In this document: positions 47,730 to 56,885 of the stretch, piece by piece
Numbering within the stretch: position 1 is the stretch's first letter
Layout of the letters: every line of letters begins with the position of its first letter
Source: an uncultured Bacilli bacterium
GTDB lineage: Bacteria; Bacillota_I; Bacilli_A; RF39; UBA660
Length of the DNA: 64,000 nt
Reading direction: 5' to 3'
Assembly (NCBI GenBank): GCA_947629935.1
Contig: CANRFQ010000004.1
Location: forward strand, 5,403 to 69,402
Notes under the pieces: generated by a model
The model's database searches: none
What the model was told of the DNA's origin: nothing
What the model saw: only the letters and a program-made list of their open reading frames with translations
Program-made: the position numbers and the translations under genes

Positions 47730-49091
47730 GTGTCACAAATGCATCCAACTGATAATATGGAAAATTCAACAGAAGAAATAAATGAATCTCAACAACAAAC
47801 AGCAACTAAGGCCACAAATACTCCTAACCCTAAAATGTCTGCCCTTCAAAGTAAAGTGGCGTCTGAAGGAATAGCTATGGCCGCTAACGCTGTTGCTCCA
47901 GGTAGTGGAGTAATTGTAAAAAAAGTGTTAAAGAGTCCTGCCGGTCAAAATGCTTTAAATCAAGTAGCTAACCCTAAAATGTCCGCTCTTAAAAATAAAG
48001 TAGCATCTGAAGGAGTAGCTATGGCTGCTAATGCTGTTGCTCCAGGTAGTGGGGCAATTGTAAAAAAGTTGTTAAAGACCCCTGCCGGTCAAAATGCTTT
48101 AAATCAAATAGCTAGTCCTAAAAGAGCAAATAGTTTAGTTCCTGGTGCTATGCTAGATCTCCCTAAATCAAAGCCAACTGAGGCTAAAGAAAATTTAACG
48201 GATTCGGAAAGTGAAGCACTAGAAAATGAATTAGAAAATGATGGTGGAGATAAAGGTACTGATTTAAATGGTAATGTTAGTAAAAAAATATTGGATTTTA
48301 TTATAAAACATCCTCATGTAGCCATTGCTATAGGAGGCTTTTTAACAAGTCTTATCATGTCTTTTGTAGTTTTAATGATCTTAGCATGTTTTATGGGTTC
48401 TGATGCTAAAGCTAGTGGAGGAAATTCTAGTGGCTCAACAAATAGCGGTCATGTTAATAGCGCAACATCAACAGAAATATGCTCTCAACTCTCTGGTAAA
48501 TCTTTAAGTGATGCTTTAAGTGAACATAACACGACTATTGATGATTTTAATAATAACATTAAATCAAAGATTGAAAGTGCTGGTTTAAAAACGCGTGAAG
48601 GTGTTGTTGCGGCGGCTTTGTCTATTACTAGTGATTTATGTGAAGAATATAAAATTCGTTTACCTTATGAATGGGGTGGCGGTCATGATAGTAAAATTAG
48701 TTTAGCTAGTGGTCAGTGGGGGTCTAAGTTAGCCAGTCCAGTTTATGCCAATGATCGTTCGTATGAATATTCAGGTTTAGATTGTAGTGGCTTTGTTTCC
48801 TGGGCTATATATAATGCTGGTTATGACTTTCCTATAGAAAGTTCAGATAGTTTTTCAAATTATGGAACACTTCACTCTATGAATTCCAGTTTTATAGCCA
48901 AACCTGGCGACTTAATTTTTCATCCCGGACACATTATGATGATTGTCGGAGTTGATGAGGGAACAAAATTATATAAAGTAGCAGAGGCAGCAGGAGCTGA
49001 TGAGGGTATGCACGTCCGAACCATGTCCTTTGATAATGATTCTAACCAGATTATAGATATGACTAATTACTACAGTAGAGGAGGAGCTTAG
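47730..49091 (+). CDS. T4SS-associated cell-wall hydrolase (NlpC/P60 domain) with repeated N-terminal domain and central TM
   Basis: The C-terminal YSGLDCSGFVSWAIYNAG...GDLIFHPGHIMMIVG gives the NlpC/P60 Cys and His. TM segment IAIGGFLTSLIMSFVVLMILACFMG. Two 48-aa tandem repeats near the N-terminus. Confidence 0.8.
   Translation: MSQMHPTDNMENSTEEINESQQQTATKATNTPNPKMSALQSKVASEGIAMAANAVAPGSGVIVKKVLKSPAGQNALNQVANPKMSALKNKVASEGVAMAANAVAPGSGAIVKKLLKTPAGQNALNQIASPKRANSLVPGAMLDLPKSKPTEAKENLTDSESEALENELENDGGDKGTDLNGNVSKKILDFIIKHPHVAIAIGGFLTSLIMSFVVLMILACFMGSDAKASGGNSSGSTNSGHVNSATSTEICSQLSGKSLSDALSEHNTTIDDFNNNIKSKIESAGLKTREGVVAAALSITSDLCEEYKIRLPYEWGGGHDSKISLASGQWGSKLASPVYANDRSYEYSGLDCSGFVSWAIYNAGYDFPIESSDSFSNYGTLHSMNSSFIAKPGDLIFHPGHIMMIVGVDEGTKLYKVAEAAGADEGMHVRTMSFDNDSNQIIDMTNYYSRGGA
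47826..48113. repeat. Tandem 144-bp (48-aa) repeat x2 inside the hydrolase gene
   Basis: NPKMSALQSKVASEGIAMAANAVAPGSGVIVKKVLKSPAGQNALNQVA is followed by NPKMSALKNKVASEGVAMAANAVAPGSGAIVKKLLKTPAGQNALNQIA. Confidence 0.9.
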
Positions 49092-49781
49092 ATGAAAAAA
49101 ATTATCTTTTTAAGTTTAGTTTTATTCATGCTATCAGGTTGTACAATAAAATATGATTTAGATTTGACAACACCTAATGCTGCTATTGAAAATTTAGAAA
49201 TATTAGAAACTGATTTTAGTAATGAGTATTTTAGTACAATTAAAAATTATACAGGAAACATTAAAGCTATCTATAGTGATCAAGATTCTGATTCTTATGA
49301 AAAAGATCCGAATTTAGAATATTATAGTGTTGTCAACAATAGTGATGATACTAAAGCTAATTTGGTAATTAGTTATCCCTTTACAACGGAGGAATTTGGT
49401 GATTCAAATATCATAAATACTTGTTATGACAATGTTTCTTTTTATAATACGGACGATAAAATAGATATTAGAACGAGTAATGAATTTTTATGTTTTGAAA
49501 AATATATATCGGCTGAAGAAGTTGAAATAAACATAAAAACAAATCAAAAAGTTCTTACTAATAATGCTGATTATGTTGAAGATAATGTCTATACTTGGAA
49601 AATAGATAAATCTAATGCTTATCAAAAACCAATAATTCTATCTAATATTGAAAATTCAACTCAAGAAGAAAAAAACGAAAATAATACTCAATTAAATTTA
49701 ATAATTATTTTAAGTGTCATTGGCGCTTTTGTAATTGCAATTATTATTGTAATTATCAATAAAAATCATAAATATAAATAG
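49092..49781 (+). CDS. Lipoprotein with additional C-terminal TM anchor, unknown function (T4SS module)
   Basis: Lipobox LSGC at residues 14-17 and a C-terminal TM LIIILSVIGAFVIAIIIVII. The start codon abuts the stop of the upstream gene. Confidence 0.6.
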   Translation: MKKIIFLSLVLFMLSGCTIKYDLDLTTPNAAIENLEILETDFSNEYFSTIKNYTGNIKAIYSDQDSDSYEKDPNLEYYSVVNNSDDTKANLVISYPFTTEEFGDSNIINTCYDNVSFYNTDDKIDIRTSNEFLCFEKYISAEEVEINIKTNQKVLTNNADYVEDNVYTWKIDKSNAYQKPIILSNIENSTQEEKNENNTQLNLIIILSVIGAFVIAIIIVIINKNHKYK

Positions 49782-49834
49782 TATTTAAGAAAAAAATATT
49801 GTATAATAAAATTAAGAAATATGGAGGAAAAGTT

Positions 49835-52048
49835 ATGAAATTTCGAATATCACCTAAAGATTTAATAATTTTTATCATTTTTTGTATATTTTTATTCTAT
49901 CTTTGTGCGATTGCAGTTTTAAATTTTTCCTCATTTGGTATGACTGGAACTTTTTACGGTCTAAATCCTCTTGAAGCTTTTACAGCTAAATATTTACCAA
50001 TAACTTTTGTAATGTTTGCCATTGTTTTAATTATTATTTTTGCAAGTGTTTCATCATATATTTTTGATAAAGAAAAAGGTAAGGGTGTCGGTATTACCGT
50101 AAAGAAAAAAGAGGAAAATGAATATTCACGTTTTGCGACTGACAAAGAAATGAAAAATGCTTTTGGTGTTAAAAAAATTTTTATTACTGATGATAAAACG
50201 GATGCTGCAGGCGTTGTTTTAATGATGAACAAAAAAGAATGGTATGTCGATAATAGTGAAAACCATACGTTGGTAGTTGGAGCAACAGCTTCCGGAAAAA
50301 CTACCAGTGTAGTTGACCCTTTAGTAATGTCATTAGCTAAAAAAGGCGAAAGTATGGTTTTAACGGATCCTAAAGGTGAAATCTATAAAAATCATGCAGC
50401 TATGCTTAAAGAAAAAGGCTATAATGTAATAGTTTTAAATTTCCGTGATCCTGTTAAGGGTAGTTCTTGGAATCCTTTAACCTTACCTTATCAACTTTAT
50501 AAAGATGGTAATGTTGATAAAGCAACAGAACTTCTAGAAGACGTAGCTAATAATATCTTAAAAGAGAAAAATAGCAATGCCGATCCATTCTGGCAAAACT
50601 CGGCTGCCGATTATTTTTCTGGGTGTGTATTAGGTTTATTTGAAGATGGTAAAGAAGAAGAAATTAATATAAATTCGATTTATACTATGACAACGCAAGG
50701 AGAGGAACGTTTTGCTACTTCGACTTTCATTAAAGAATACTTTACGATGAAAGGTGAAAATTCTTCGCCATATATTTTTGCAGCTAATGTTATCAATGCT
50801 CCTAAAGAAACTCAAGGTGGTCAACTTTCTACTTTTAGACAGAAGATTCGTATCTTTGCTGCGCAGAAGAATCTAAGTGAAATGTTATCATTTACCGATT
50901 TTGACATGCGTAATATTGGTAAAGAAAAATCTGCAGTTTTCATTGTTATCCATGATGAAAAAACTACTTATCATGCTTTAGCAACCATTTTTATTAAACA
51001 ACTATACGAAACCCTAATTGATGAAGCTTATAAGCAAGCCAATGGACGTTTAAAGTATCGTACTAATTTTATTCTTGATGAGTTTGCTAATATGCCCCCT
51101 TTAAAAGATGTCACAAGTATGGTTACTGCAGCGCGTAGTCGTGATATTCGTTTTACATTTATTATTCAGAACTTTGCTCAATTAAATGATGTTTATGGGG
51201 AAAATGATGCTCAAACAATTCGTTCTAACTGTGGTAACTTAATTTATTTATTGACAACAGAATTAAAAGCTTTAGAGGAAATTAGTAAATTGTGTGGTGT
51301 TAAAAAACCCAAAGATAAAGATAAAGCTTTATCCGAAAAACCTTTAGTTACGGTTACCGATTTACAAAAAATGAAAATGAATGAAGTTATCATTCTTAAA
51401 GCTCGTATGAATCCTTTTAAAACAAAATTAGTACCTTCTTACAATCAAGAAGGAATGATAAAGTATGAAAAATCCGAATTTTATACTAGACCTATAAAAA
51501 CTGTAAAAATATTTGATATAAAAGAATTTGTTAAAGAAGAAAAAAGAAAAAAGATGTCAGAAGACATGGAAAATGGCAATGCGCATGGTATGATGCCAAA
51601 TGGTATGTTTGGTATGCCTAACCCTAGCTTTGGAGGACCAATGGGAATGCCTAATCAAATGGGCATGCCGCCATTTGGTAGTAATCTTGCTAACAAAACG
51701 CCAATGGATATTGATGCGATGATCAAAGACATCGACGCGCAAATAGCTAAATTAGAAAAAGAAGAAGAAGAGAAAAAACGTCAAGAAATGGAACAAAAGC
51801 AAAAAGAACGTCCAACCTTTGAAATGCCTAAATTAGAAGAAAAACCGAAAATAGCGGAAGAACCGAAAATAACTATTCCCACTTTTGATTTAAAAAATAT
51901 GATGGAAGATGAGAAAATACCAGAAATGCCAAAAGAAGCAAAACCCGAGACACAACCAAACATTAAAGTGGATAACGATAGTGTAATTGTTGATGAACAC
52001 ATAGTTTCTGATGATGAATTTTTTGATGATTTCTTTGGTGATGATTAG
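49835..52048 (+). CDS. VirD4/TraG-type type IV coupling protein with long low-complexity C-terminal tail
   Basis: Two N-terminal TM segments, Walker A VVGATASGKTT, Walker B FILDEFANM, and FTFIIQNFAQL. GGAGG RBS before ATG 49835. The tail is Met/Gly/Pro-rich and ends in DDEFFDDFFGDD. Confidence 0.85.
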   Translation: MKFRISPKDLIIFIIFCIFLFYLCAIAVLNFSSFGMTGTFYGLNPLEAFTAKYLPITFVMFAIVLIIIFASVSSYIFDKEKGKGVGITVKKKEENEYSRFATDKEMKNAFGVKKIFITDDKTDAAGVVLMMNKKEWYVDNSENHTLVVGATASGKTTSVVDPLVMSLAKKGESMVLTDPKGEIYKNHAAMLKEKGYNVIVLNFRDPVKGSSWNPLTLPYQLYKDGNVDKATELLEDVANNILKEKNSNADPFWQNSAADYFSGCVLGLFEDGKEEEININSIYTMTTQGEERFATSTFIKEYFTMKGENSSPYIFAANVINAPKETQGGQLSTFRQKIRIFAAQKNLSEMLSFTDFDMRNIGKEKSAVFIVIHDEKTTYHALATIFIKQLYETLIDEAYKQANGRLKYRTNFILDEFANMPPLKDVTSMVTAARSRDIRFTFIIQNFAQLNDVYGENDAQTIRSNCGNLIYLLTTELKALEEISKLCGVKKPKDKDKALSEKPLVTVTDLQKMKMNEVIILKARMNPFKTKLVPSYNQEGMIKYEKSEFYTRPIKTVKIFDIKEFVKEEKRKKMSEDMENGNAHGMMPNGMFGMPNPSFGGPMGMPNQMGMPPFGSNLANKTPMDIDAMIKDIDAQIAKLEKEEEEKKRQEMEQKQKERPTFEMPKLEEKPKIAEEPKITIPTFDLKNMMEDEKIPEMPKEAKPETQPNIKVDNDSVIVDEHIVSDDEFFDDFFGDD

Positions 52049-52073
52049 AAAACCTTTTTTAAGGTTTTTTTTA
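52049..52073 (+). terminator. Rho-independent terminator closing the locus
   Basis: Stem AAAACC/GGTTTT followed by a T-run, directly after the VirD4 stop. Confidence 0.55.
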
Positions 52074-52130
52074 TAGGGATTCATAATATGCTTAAATTAT
52101 TCAAAAACATATTTTATATTGGTGATAAAA

Positions 52131-52373
52131 ATGACATATCATAACTTTCCTCATGATGGTACTATTATCGATTTAGAAGATGTTGTTACCTACAATATGG
52201 AGCATTTACCTAATAGTCAGAATATTCCATATGATAAATTAATGTTTAATTATAAAGAATATTTAAACAAGAATCAAAAATATTATCTTTATTGTACTAA
52301 AGGAAGAAAAAGTAAAAAAGCCACCGAAATCTTAAAATATTATGGCTATAATGTGGAACAAATAACTAAGTAA
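52131..52373 (+). CDS. Rhodanese-like domain protein
   Basis: Small ORF with the YCTKGRKS active-site loop (C-x4-R-like) and an ILKYYGYNV C-terminus. Confidence 0.65.
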   Translation: MTYHNFPHDGTIIDLEDVVTYNMEHLPNSQNIPYDKLMFNYKEYLNKNQKYYLYCTKGRKSKKATEILKYYGYNVEQITK

Positions 52374-52472
52374 AACGCCGAATATTTTTCGACGTTTTAT
52401 TATTAATTTTAGTATGATTAAAACATTTATGAGAAGAATATATAACAAAGAGATTAAATTTAGAGGTGACCT

Positions 52473-53720
52473 ATGGAATATAAAACATACAATTTTAATT
52501 CATTCAACTTATACACAATTAAAACGGATAAATTTAAAAATTGTCATTTAGAAATTGTATTTCGAGAACAAATCCAAAAAGAGAAAATTATTCCCCGAAA
52601 ATTTTTAATGGAATTGTTAAGTTTTTCCACGGCAACACATAATACTCAAAAAAGTTTTAGTATGCATTTAGAAGATTTATATAATGCTAACTTTTATGGG
52701 TTACTTTCGCGAGTCGGGCAATGTTTATTAACAAATTTTTGCTTAGATTTTTTAAATCCTCGTTATTGTGAAGAAGGCTATTTAAAACAAATATTAAATT
52801 TGGTAACGGAAGCCATCTTTAAACCCAATTCTTTTGATAATGAAAATTTTCAAATTATTAAGAACAATATTTTAAACGATGAAAAAAAGGCAACCGAAAA
52901 TATTAGAGCTTCTGCCTATCGTCAGCTTTTTAAAAACATGGATGCCAATGCTCCACTGGCTTATGATATGTTAGGAACCAAAGAACAAATTGAAAATGTT
53001 ACTCCTCAAGATGTCCAAGACGAATACACAAGATTATTAGAAGAAGATTATTGTGATATTTATCTGATAGGAAACTTAGACATGGATAATATCGCTGATT
53101 ATTTAGAAAAGAATTTTATCTCGCGCATTGTAAAAAATTATAATATCGAAATTTTTAGTGAAGGTAAAGCGCACAATCGTGTCCAAACCAAAAAAGAAAC
53201 AGCTAATATTAACCAAACTCATCTTTTAATAGGTTGTAATATCGTTAATCCACTGCCGGAGGAAAGAGATGTGGTAGGGTATTTATACAATTATATATTA
53301 GGAGGATCATCTCTTAATACAAAATTAGCTTCTTATTTAAGACAAGAAAATTCTTTATGTTATACCACTAATAGTATTTACCAAAAATATGATAACGCTA
53401 TCATTTTATATGCCGGGATAGCTAAAAAAAATTCTTCTAAAGCGATTGCTTTAATGAAAAAAGCTTTAAAAGAAATGGGCAATAAAATTACGGAAGAAGA
53501 ATTGGCTAATGCGAAAAAGGGAATTATTACTTCTTTAAACATGATTGAAGATAGTCCCTCATCACTTATTAACAATTTCTTATTTCAAAATATTGCTAAT
53601 TTAAAAACTGTTGAGCAAAGAATAAAGGAAATAAAACAAGTAACAGTCAATGATCTAAAAAAACTAGCGAAAAAAATTAAAATTAATACTATTTATATAT
53701 TAAGCGGGGTGGAAGAGTGA
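52473..53720 (+). CDS. M16 family peptidase-like protein (no HxxEH motif; probable non-catalytic partner)
   Basis: Insulinase-like length and pattern. Paired with, and overlapping, the downstream M16 gene. Confidence 0.65.
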   Translation: MEYKTYNFNSFNLYTIKTDKFKNCHLEIVFREQIQKEKIIPRKFLMELLSFSTATHNTQKSFSMHLEDLYNANFYGLLSRVGQCLLTNFCLDFLNPRYCEEGYLKQILNLVTEAIFKPNSFDNENFQIIKNNILNDEKKATENIRASAYRQLFKNMDANAPLAYDMLGTKEQIENVTPQDVQDEYTRLLEEDYCDIYLIGNLDMDNIADYLEKNFISRIVKNYNIEIFSEGKAHNRVQTKKETANINQTHLLIGCNIVNPLPEERDVVGYLYNYILGGSSLNTKLASYLRQENSLCYTTNSIYQKYDNAIILYAGIAKKNSSKAIALMKKALKEMGNKITEEELANAKKGIITSLNMIEDSPSSLINNFLFQNIANLKTVEQRIKEIKQVTVNDLKKLAKKIKINTIYILSGVEE

Positions 53721-55006
53721 AAAAAATAAATATTGTGGGCATAGATGAAGAGATATATTATGATGAAACCGAAATGGGAATGCCTATTATTATGTGGGTA
53801 AATAATAAAGTTAAAAATTTTTATATGACTTTAAATGTTAAATATGGAAGTATTCATACCGAATTTAAAACAAAAGGTTCAAAGAATTTTCTAAAAGTTC
53901 CTAATGGAATTGCTCATTTTTTAGAACATATGATGTTTTATATGCCTGATGGTCAATCCGCCCATGAGTATTTCAATGATTTAGGATCTTCTATTAATGC
54001 GTGTACGACTAATGATTTTACTTTTTATGAAGTTTTTGGCTCTCATAAGTTTAAAGATAATTTAAATTATTTACTAGATTATGTGCAAACGCCTTATTTT
54101 ACGAAAGAAAATGTCAAATCCGAAAGAGAGATAATTACTGAAGAAATAAAAATGTATCAAGATGAGCCCAATGCGAGTTTAATTTTTAAAACTAACGAAT
54201 TATTGTGGCATAAAAATAAAAGAAAATATTTAATAAGTGGCACAGTTGAAGATATCAAAAAAATAAATGTTGATAATTTAAGCTTAGTTTATGATAATTT
54301 TTACCATCCGGCCAATATGTTTATTATCATAACTGGTAACTTTAATCCTAATGAAGCAGTAGCTATTATCAAAGAAAATGAAAAACAGAAAAAATTTTTT
54401 AATTATGAAAAACCGCAAATTAAAAGTGAAAAAGAGCCCAATAAAGTAGTCAGCAAATATTATGAAGAAAATAGGAATGTTTCAATTCCCAAAATAAAAG
54501 TGACAGTTAAAGTACCTTTAACTAATTTTAAAGAATATCGTAAAGATGAATTGAAATTATATTTAACATTTCTTTTGAAAAACAATTTTGGTCTTACTAG
54601 TGAAATCCATGAAAACCTATTTAATAACAATTTAATTACTAAGCCTTTTTCTTTCACTGCTAACATATGGGAAAATCATTTTACTCTAACAGTCAGTGCC
54701 GAAACAAATTATCCCGATGAAGTCATAAAAGAAATTAATAAACATCTAGATAATATGAATGTTACAAGTGAAGAGTTAAATCGGCAAAAAAAAATATTAA
54801 TTTCCGCTTTTGTCCTTACTTATGATGATATCGAAGAAGTAAATACTTTACTTCAGGATAATATCATCGCCGATAATATGTTAACTACCGATACCTTTAA
54901 AGTTATAAATACTCTTAATATGGAAACTATCAAAAAAATTATGAAAAAACTATCTATGATTCATAAAACAGTTGTTGTTTTTAAACCCGCTTCAAAAAAT
55001 AGCTAG
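53717..55006 (+). CDS. M16 family zinc peptidase (insulinase-like)
   Basis: GIAHFLEHMMF contains the inverted zinc motif HxxEH, with a downstream ERE..EE. GTG start overlaps the upstream stop. Confidence 0.75.
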   Translation: MKKINIVGIDEEIYYDETEMGMPIIMWVNNKVKNFYMTLNVKYGSIHTEFKTKGSKNFLKVPNGIAHFLEHMMFYMPDGQSAHEYFNDLGSSINACTTNDFTFYEVFGSHKFKDNLNYLLDYVQTPYFTKENVKSEREIITEEIKMYQDEPNASLIFKTNELLWHKNKRKYLISGTVEDIKKINVDNLSLVYDNFYHPANMFIIITGNFNPNEAVAIIKENEKQKKFFNYEKPQIKSEKEPNKVVSKYYEENRNVSIPKIKVTVKVPLTNFKEYRKDELKLYLTFLLKNNFGLTSEIHENLFNNNLITKPFSFTANIWENHFTLTVSAETNYPDEVIKEINKHLDNMNVTSEELNRQKKILISAFVLTYDDIEEVNTLLQDNIIADNMLTTDTFKVINTLNMETIKKIMKKLSMIHKTVVVFKPASKNS

Positions 55007-55050
55007 TTTTTTTATGGGCAATCTTATATAATGAAAATAGAGGTGAGGAC

Positions 55051-55962
55051 ATGCAAGATATGACGCTTGTAATATTAGCAGCGGGAATGGGCAGTCGTTT
55101 TGGCGGTTTAAAACAAATTGAACCTATAGGACCAAACGGGGAATTTTTAATAGATTATTCTATTTATGATGCAATAAAAGCGGGTTTTAATAAAATTGTT
55201 TTTATTATAAAACCGGAAAATTTAGAAATATTTAAAGAAACAATTGGGAAACGAATTGAAGATCAAATCCAAGTAGAATATGCTTTGCAAGATATTGATC
55301 AAATGAAAAAACTTTACAATATTCCTAAAGATAGGGTAAAACCTTTAGGTACAACCCAAGCAATTTTATCAGCCAAAGAATTTGTTCATGAACCATTTGT
55401 TATAATTAACGCCGATGATTTTTATGGTTATGAAGCATATCAAGATGCTGTTAATTTCTTTAAAAGCACTAATTATCAAAAATATGGAAACATTTTATAT
55501 AAAGTAGCCAATACTTTAACGGAAAATGGCAAAGTTAAAAGAGGAATTTGTCAGGTAGAAAATGGTAAACTAGTTAAAGCTACGGAAAGTAGTGTCGAAA
55601 AAGTAGATGGCCAAATTGTGGCGACTCCTTTAAATGAAGAACAAAGTTTTATAGTAGCAGATGATACGCCGACTTCAATGAATATGCTTGCTTTATTACC
55701 GGATATTTTTCCCTTATTAGAAAATTTATTTGTGGAATTTATGAAAGAGAATGCTGATAATTTAGATAATTGTGAAGCTTTAATATTAGAAGATTTATTT
55801 AAATTAATTCAAAAAGGCGACATTGAGTTATATACAGTACTAACTTCAGCTATTTGGTTTGGCGTTACCTATAAAGAAGATAAAGCCCAGGTTGTATCGA
55901 GTATTCAAAAATTAATTGAACAAAAAGTTTATCCTTTAAATTTATGGCCTAAAAAAAATTGA
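55051..55962 (+). CDS. Sugar-phosphate nucleotidyltransferase family protein
   Basis: The N-terminal LAAGMGSRFGGLKQ motif of the NTP-transferase fold. Confidence 0.65.
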   Translation: MQDMTLVILAAGMGSRFGGLKQIEPIGPNGEFLIDYSIYDAIKAGFNKIVFIIKPENLEIFKETIGKRIEDQIQVEYALQDIDQMKKLYNIPKDRVKPLGTTQAILSAKEFVHEPFVIINADDFYGYEAYQDAVNFFKSTNYQKYGNILYKVANTLTENGKVKRGICQVENGKLVKATESSVEKVDGQIVATPLNEEQSFIVADDTPTSMNMLALLPDIFPLLENLFVEFMKENADNLDNCEALILEDLFKLIQKGDIELYTVLTSAIWFGVTYKEDKAQVVSSIQKLIEQKVYPLNLWPKKN

Positions 55963-55980
55963 ACTACAACGTTCAATTTT

Positions 55981-56583
55981 TTATCTATTATAGAATTCAA
56001 CGATAAGTGATTCATTAATTTCTTGGTTAAGTTCACTTCTATCAGGTAAACGTAATAATTTACCAGAAAGTTTATTAGCATCAAATTCTACATATGCTGG
56101 ACGATTTAAAGTAGCTTCCACAGCTTCTTTAATTGCTTTATGGTCTAAAGATGTTTCTTTAACAGCAACTACATCTCCAACTTTAACTTGGTAAGAAGGA
56201 ATATCAACTTTTTTACCATTAACAGTTATGTGACCATGATTAACAACTTGACGAGCGCCACGTCTTGTTTTGGCAAGTCCTAAACGATAAACAACATTAT
56301 CTAGGCGACTTTCTAAAAGCTTTAATAAGTTTTCACCAGCAACACCTTGCATTTTCGCCGCACGTTCAAATAATTTATGGAATTGTTTTTCATTTAAACC
56401 ATACATAAAACGTACTTTTTGTTTTTCTTGCATTTGGATTCCATATTCACTAATTTTTTTACGACGTGAATTTCCATGGATACCAGGAGCATAAGGACGA
56501 CGAGCAAGTTCTTTGCCATTTTCTAAAGTTGAAAAACCAAGACGACGAGATTTTTTGTAAACAGGACCAGTATATCTTGCCAT
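55981..56583 (-). CDS. rpsD: 30S ribosomal protein S4
   Basis: [17 protein letters not shown]-terminus and an S4 RNA-binding domain ([31 protein letters not shown]). Confidence 0.97.
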   Translation of the reverse strand: MARYTGPVYKKSRRLGFSTLENGKELARRPYAPGIHGNSRRKKISEYGIQMQEKQKVRFMYGLNEKQFHKLFERAAKMQGVAGENLLKLLESRLDNVVYRLGLAKTRRGARQVVNHGHITVNGKKVDIPSYQVKVGDVVAVKETSLDHKAIKEAVEATLNRPAYVEFDANKLSGKLLRLPDRSELNQEINESLIVEFYNR

Positions 56584-56750
56584 ATTATTATCTCCTTTCT
56601 TTATATTACGGGTAAAAGGAAATTGTTATCTAAAAAAGAAGGGGAGTTTGTTTTTTATTTTCTCCAAAGGCAGTTTCGGATACTCACTCACCATTATGGC
56701 AACAAACACATCATCTTTTTAAATAACACTGCCATTACATCGCAACATTG

Positions 56751-56779
56751 ATTATACTTTACTTTAATAGTCTTGTCAA
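56751..56779 (-). promoter_or_regulatory. Consensus promoter TTGACA-17-TATAAT for rpsD, giving a 5' leader of about 160 nt
   Basis: The reverse complement of 56751-56779 reads TTGACA, 17 nt, then TATAAT. Confidence 0.6.
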
Positions 56780-56885
56780 ATTAATTATATGTTTTAAATG
56801 ACAGAAACTTCCAAAGGTTCTTTAAAAAAGCATATACAAAATGTCGAATAATGTGTTAAAATGTTTATAGTAAGGAAGTGGTCAT

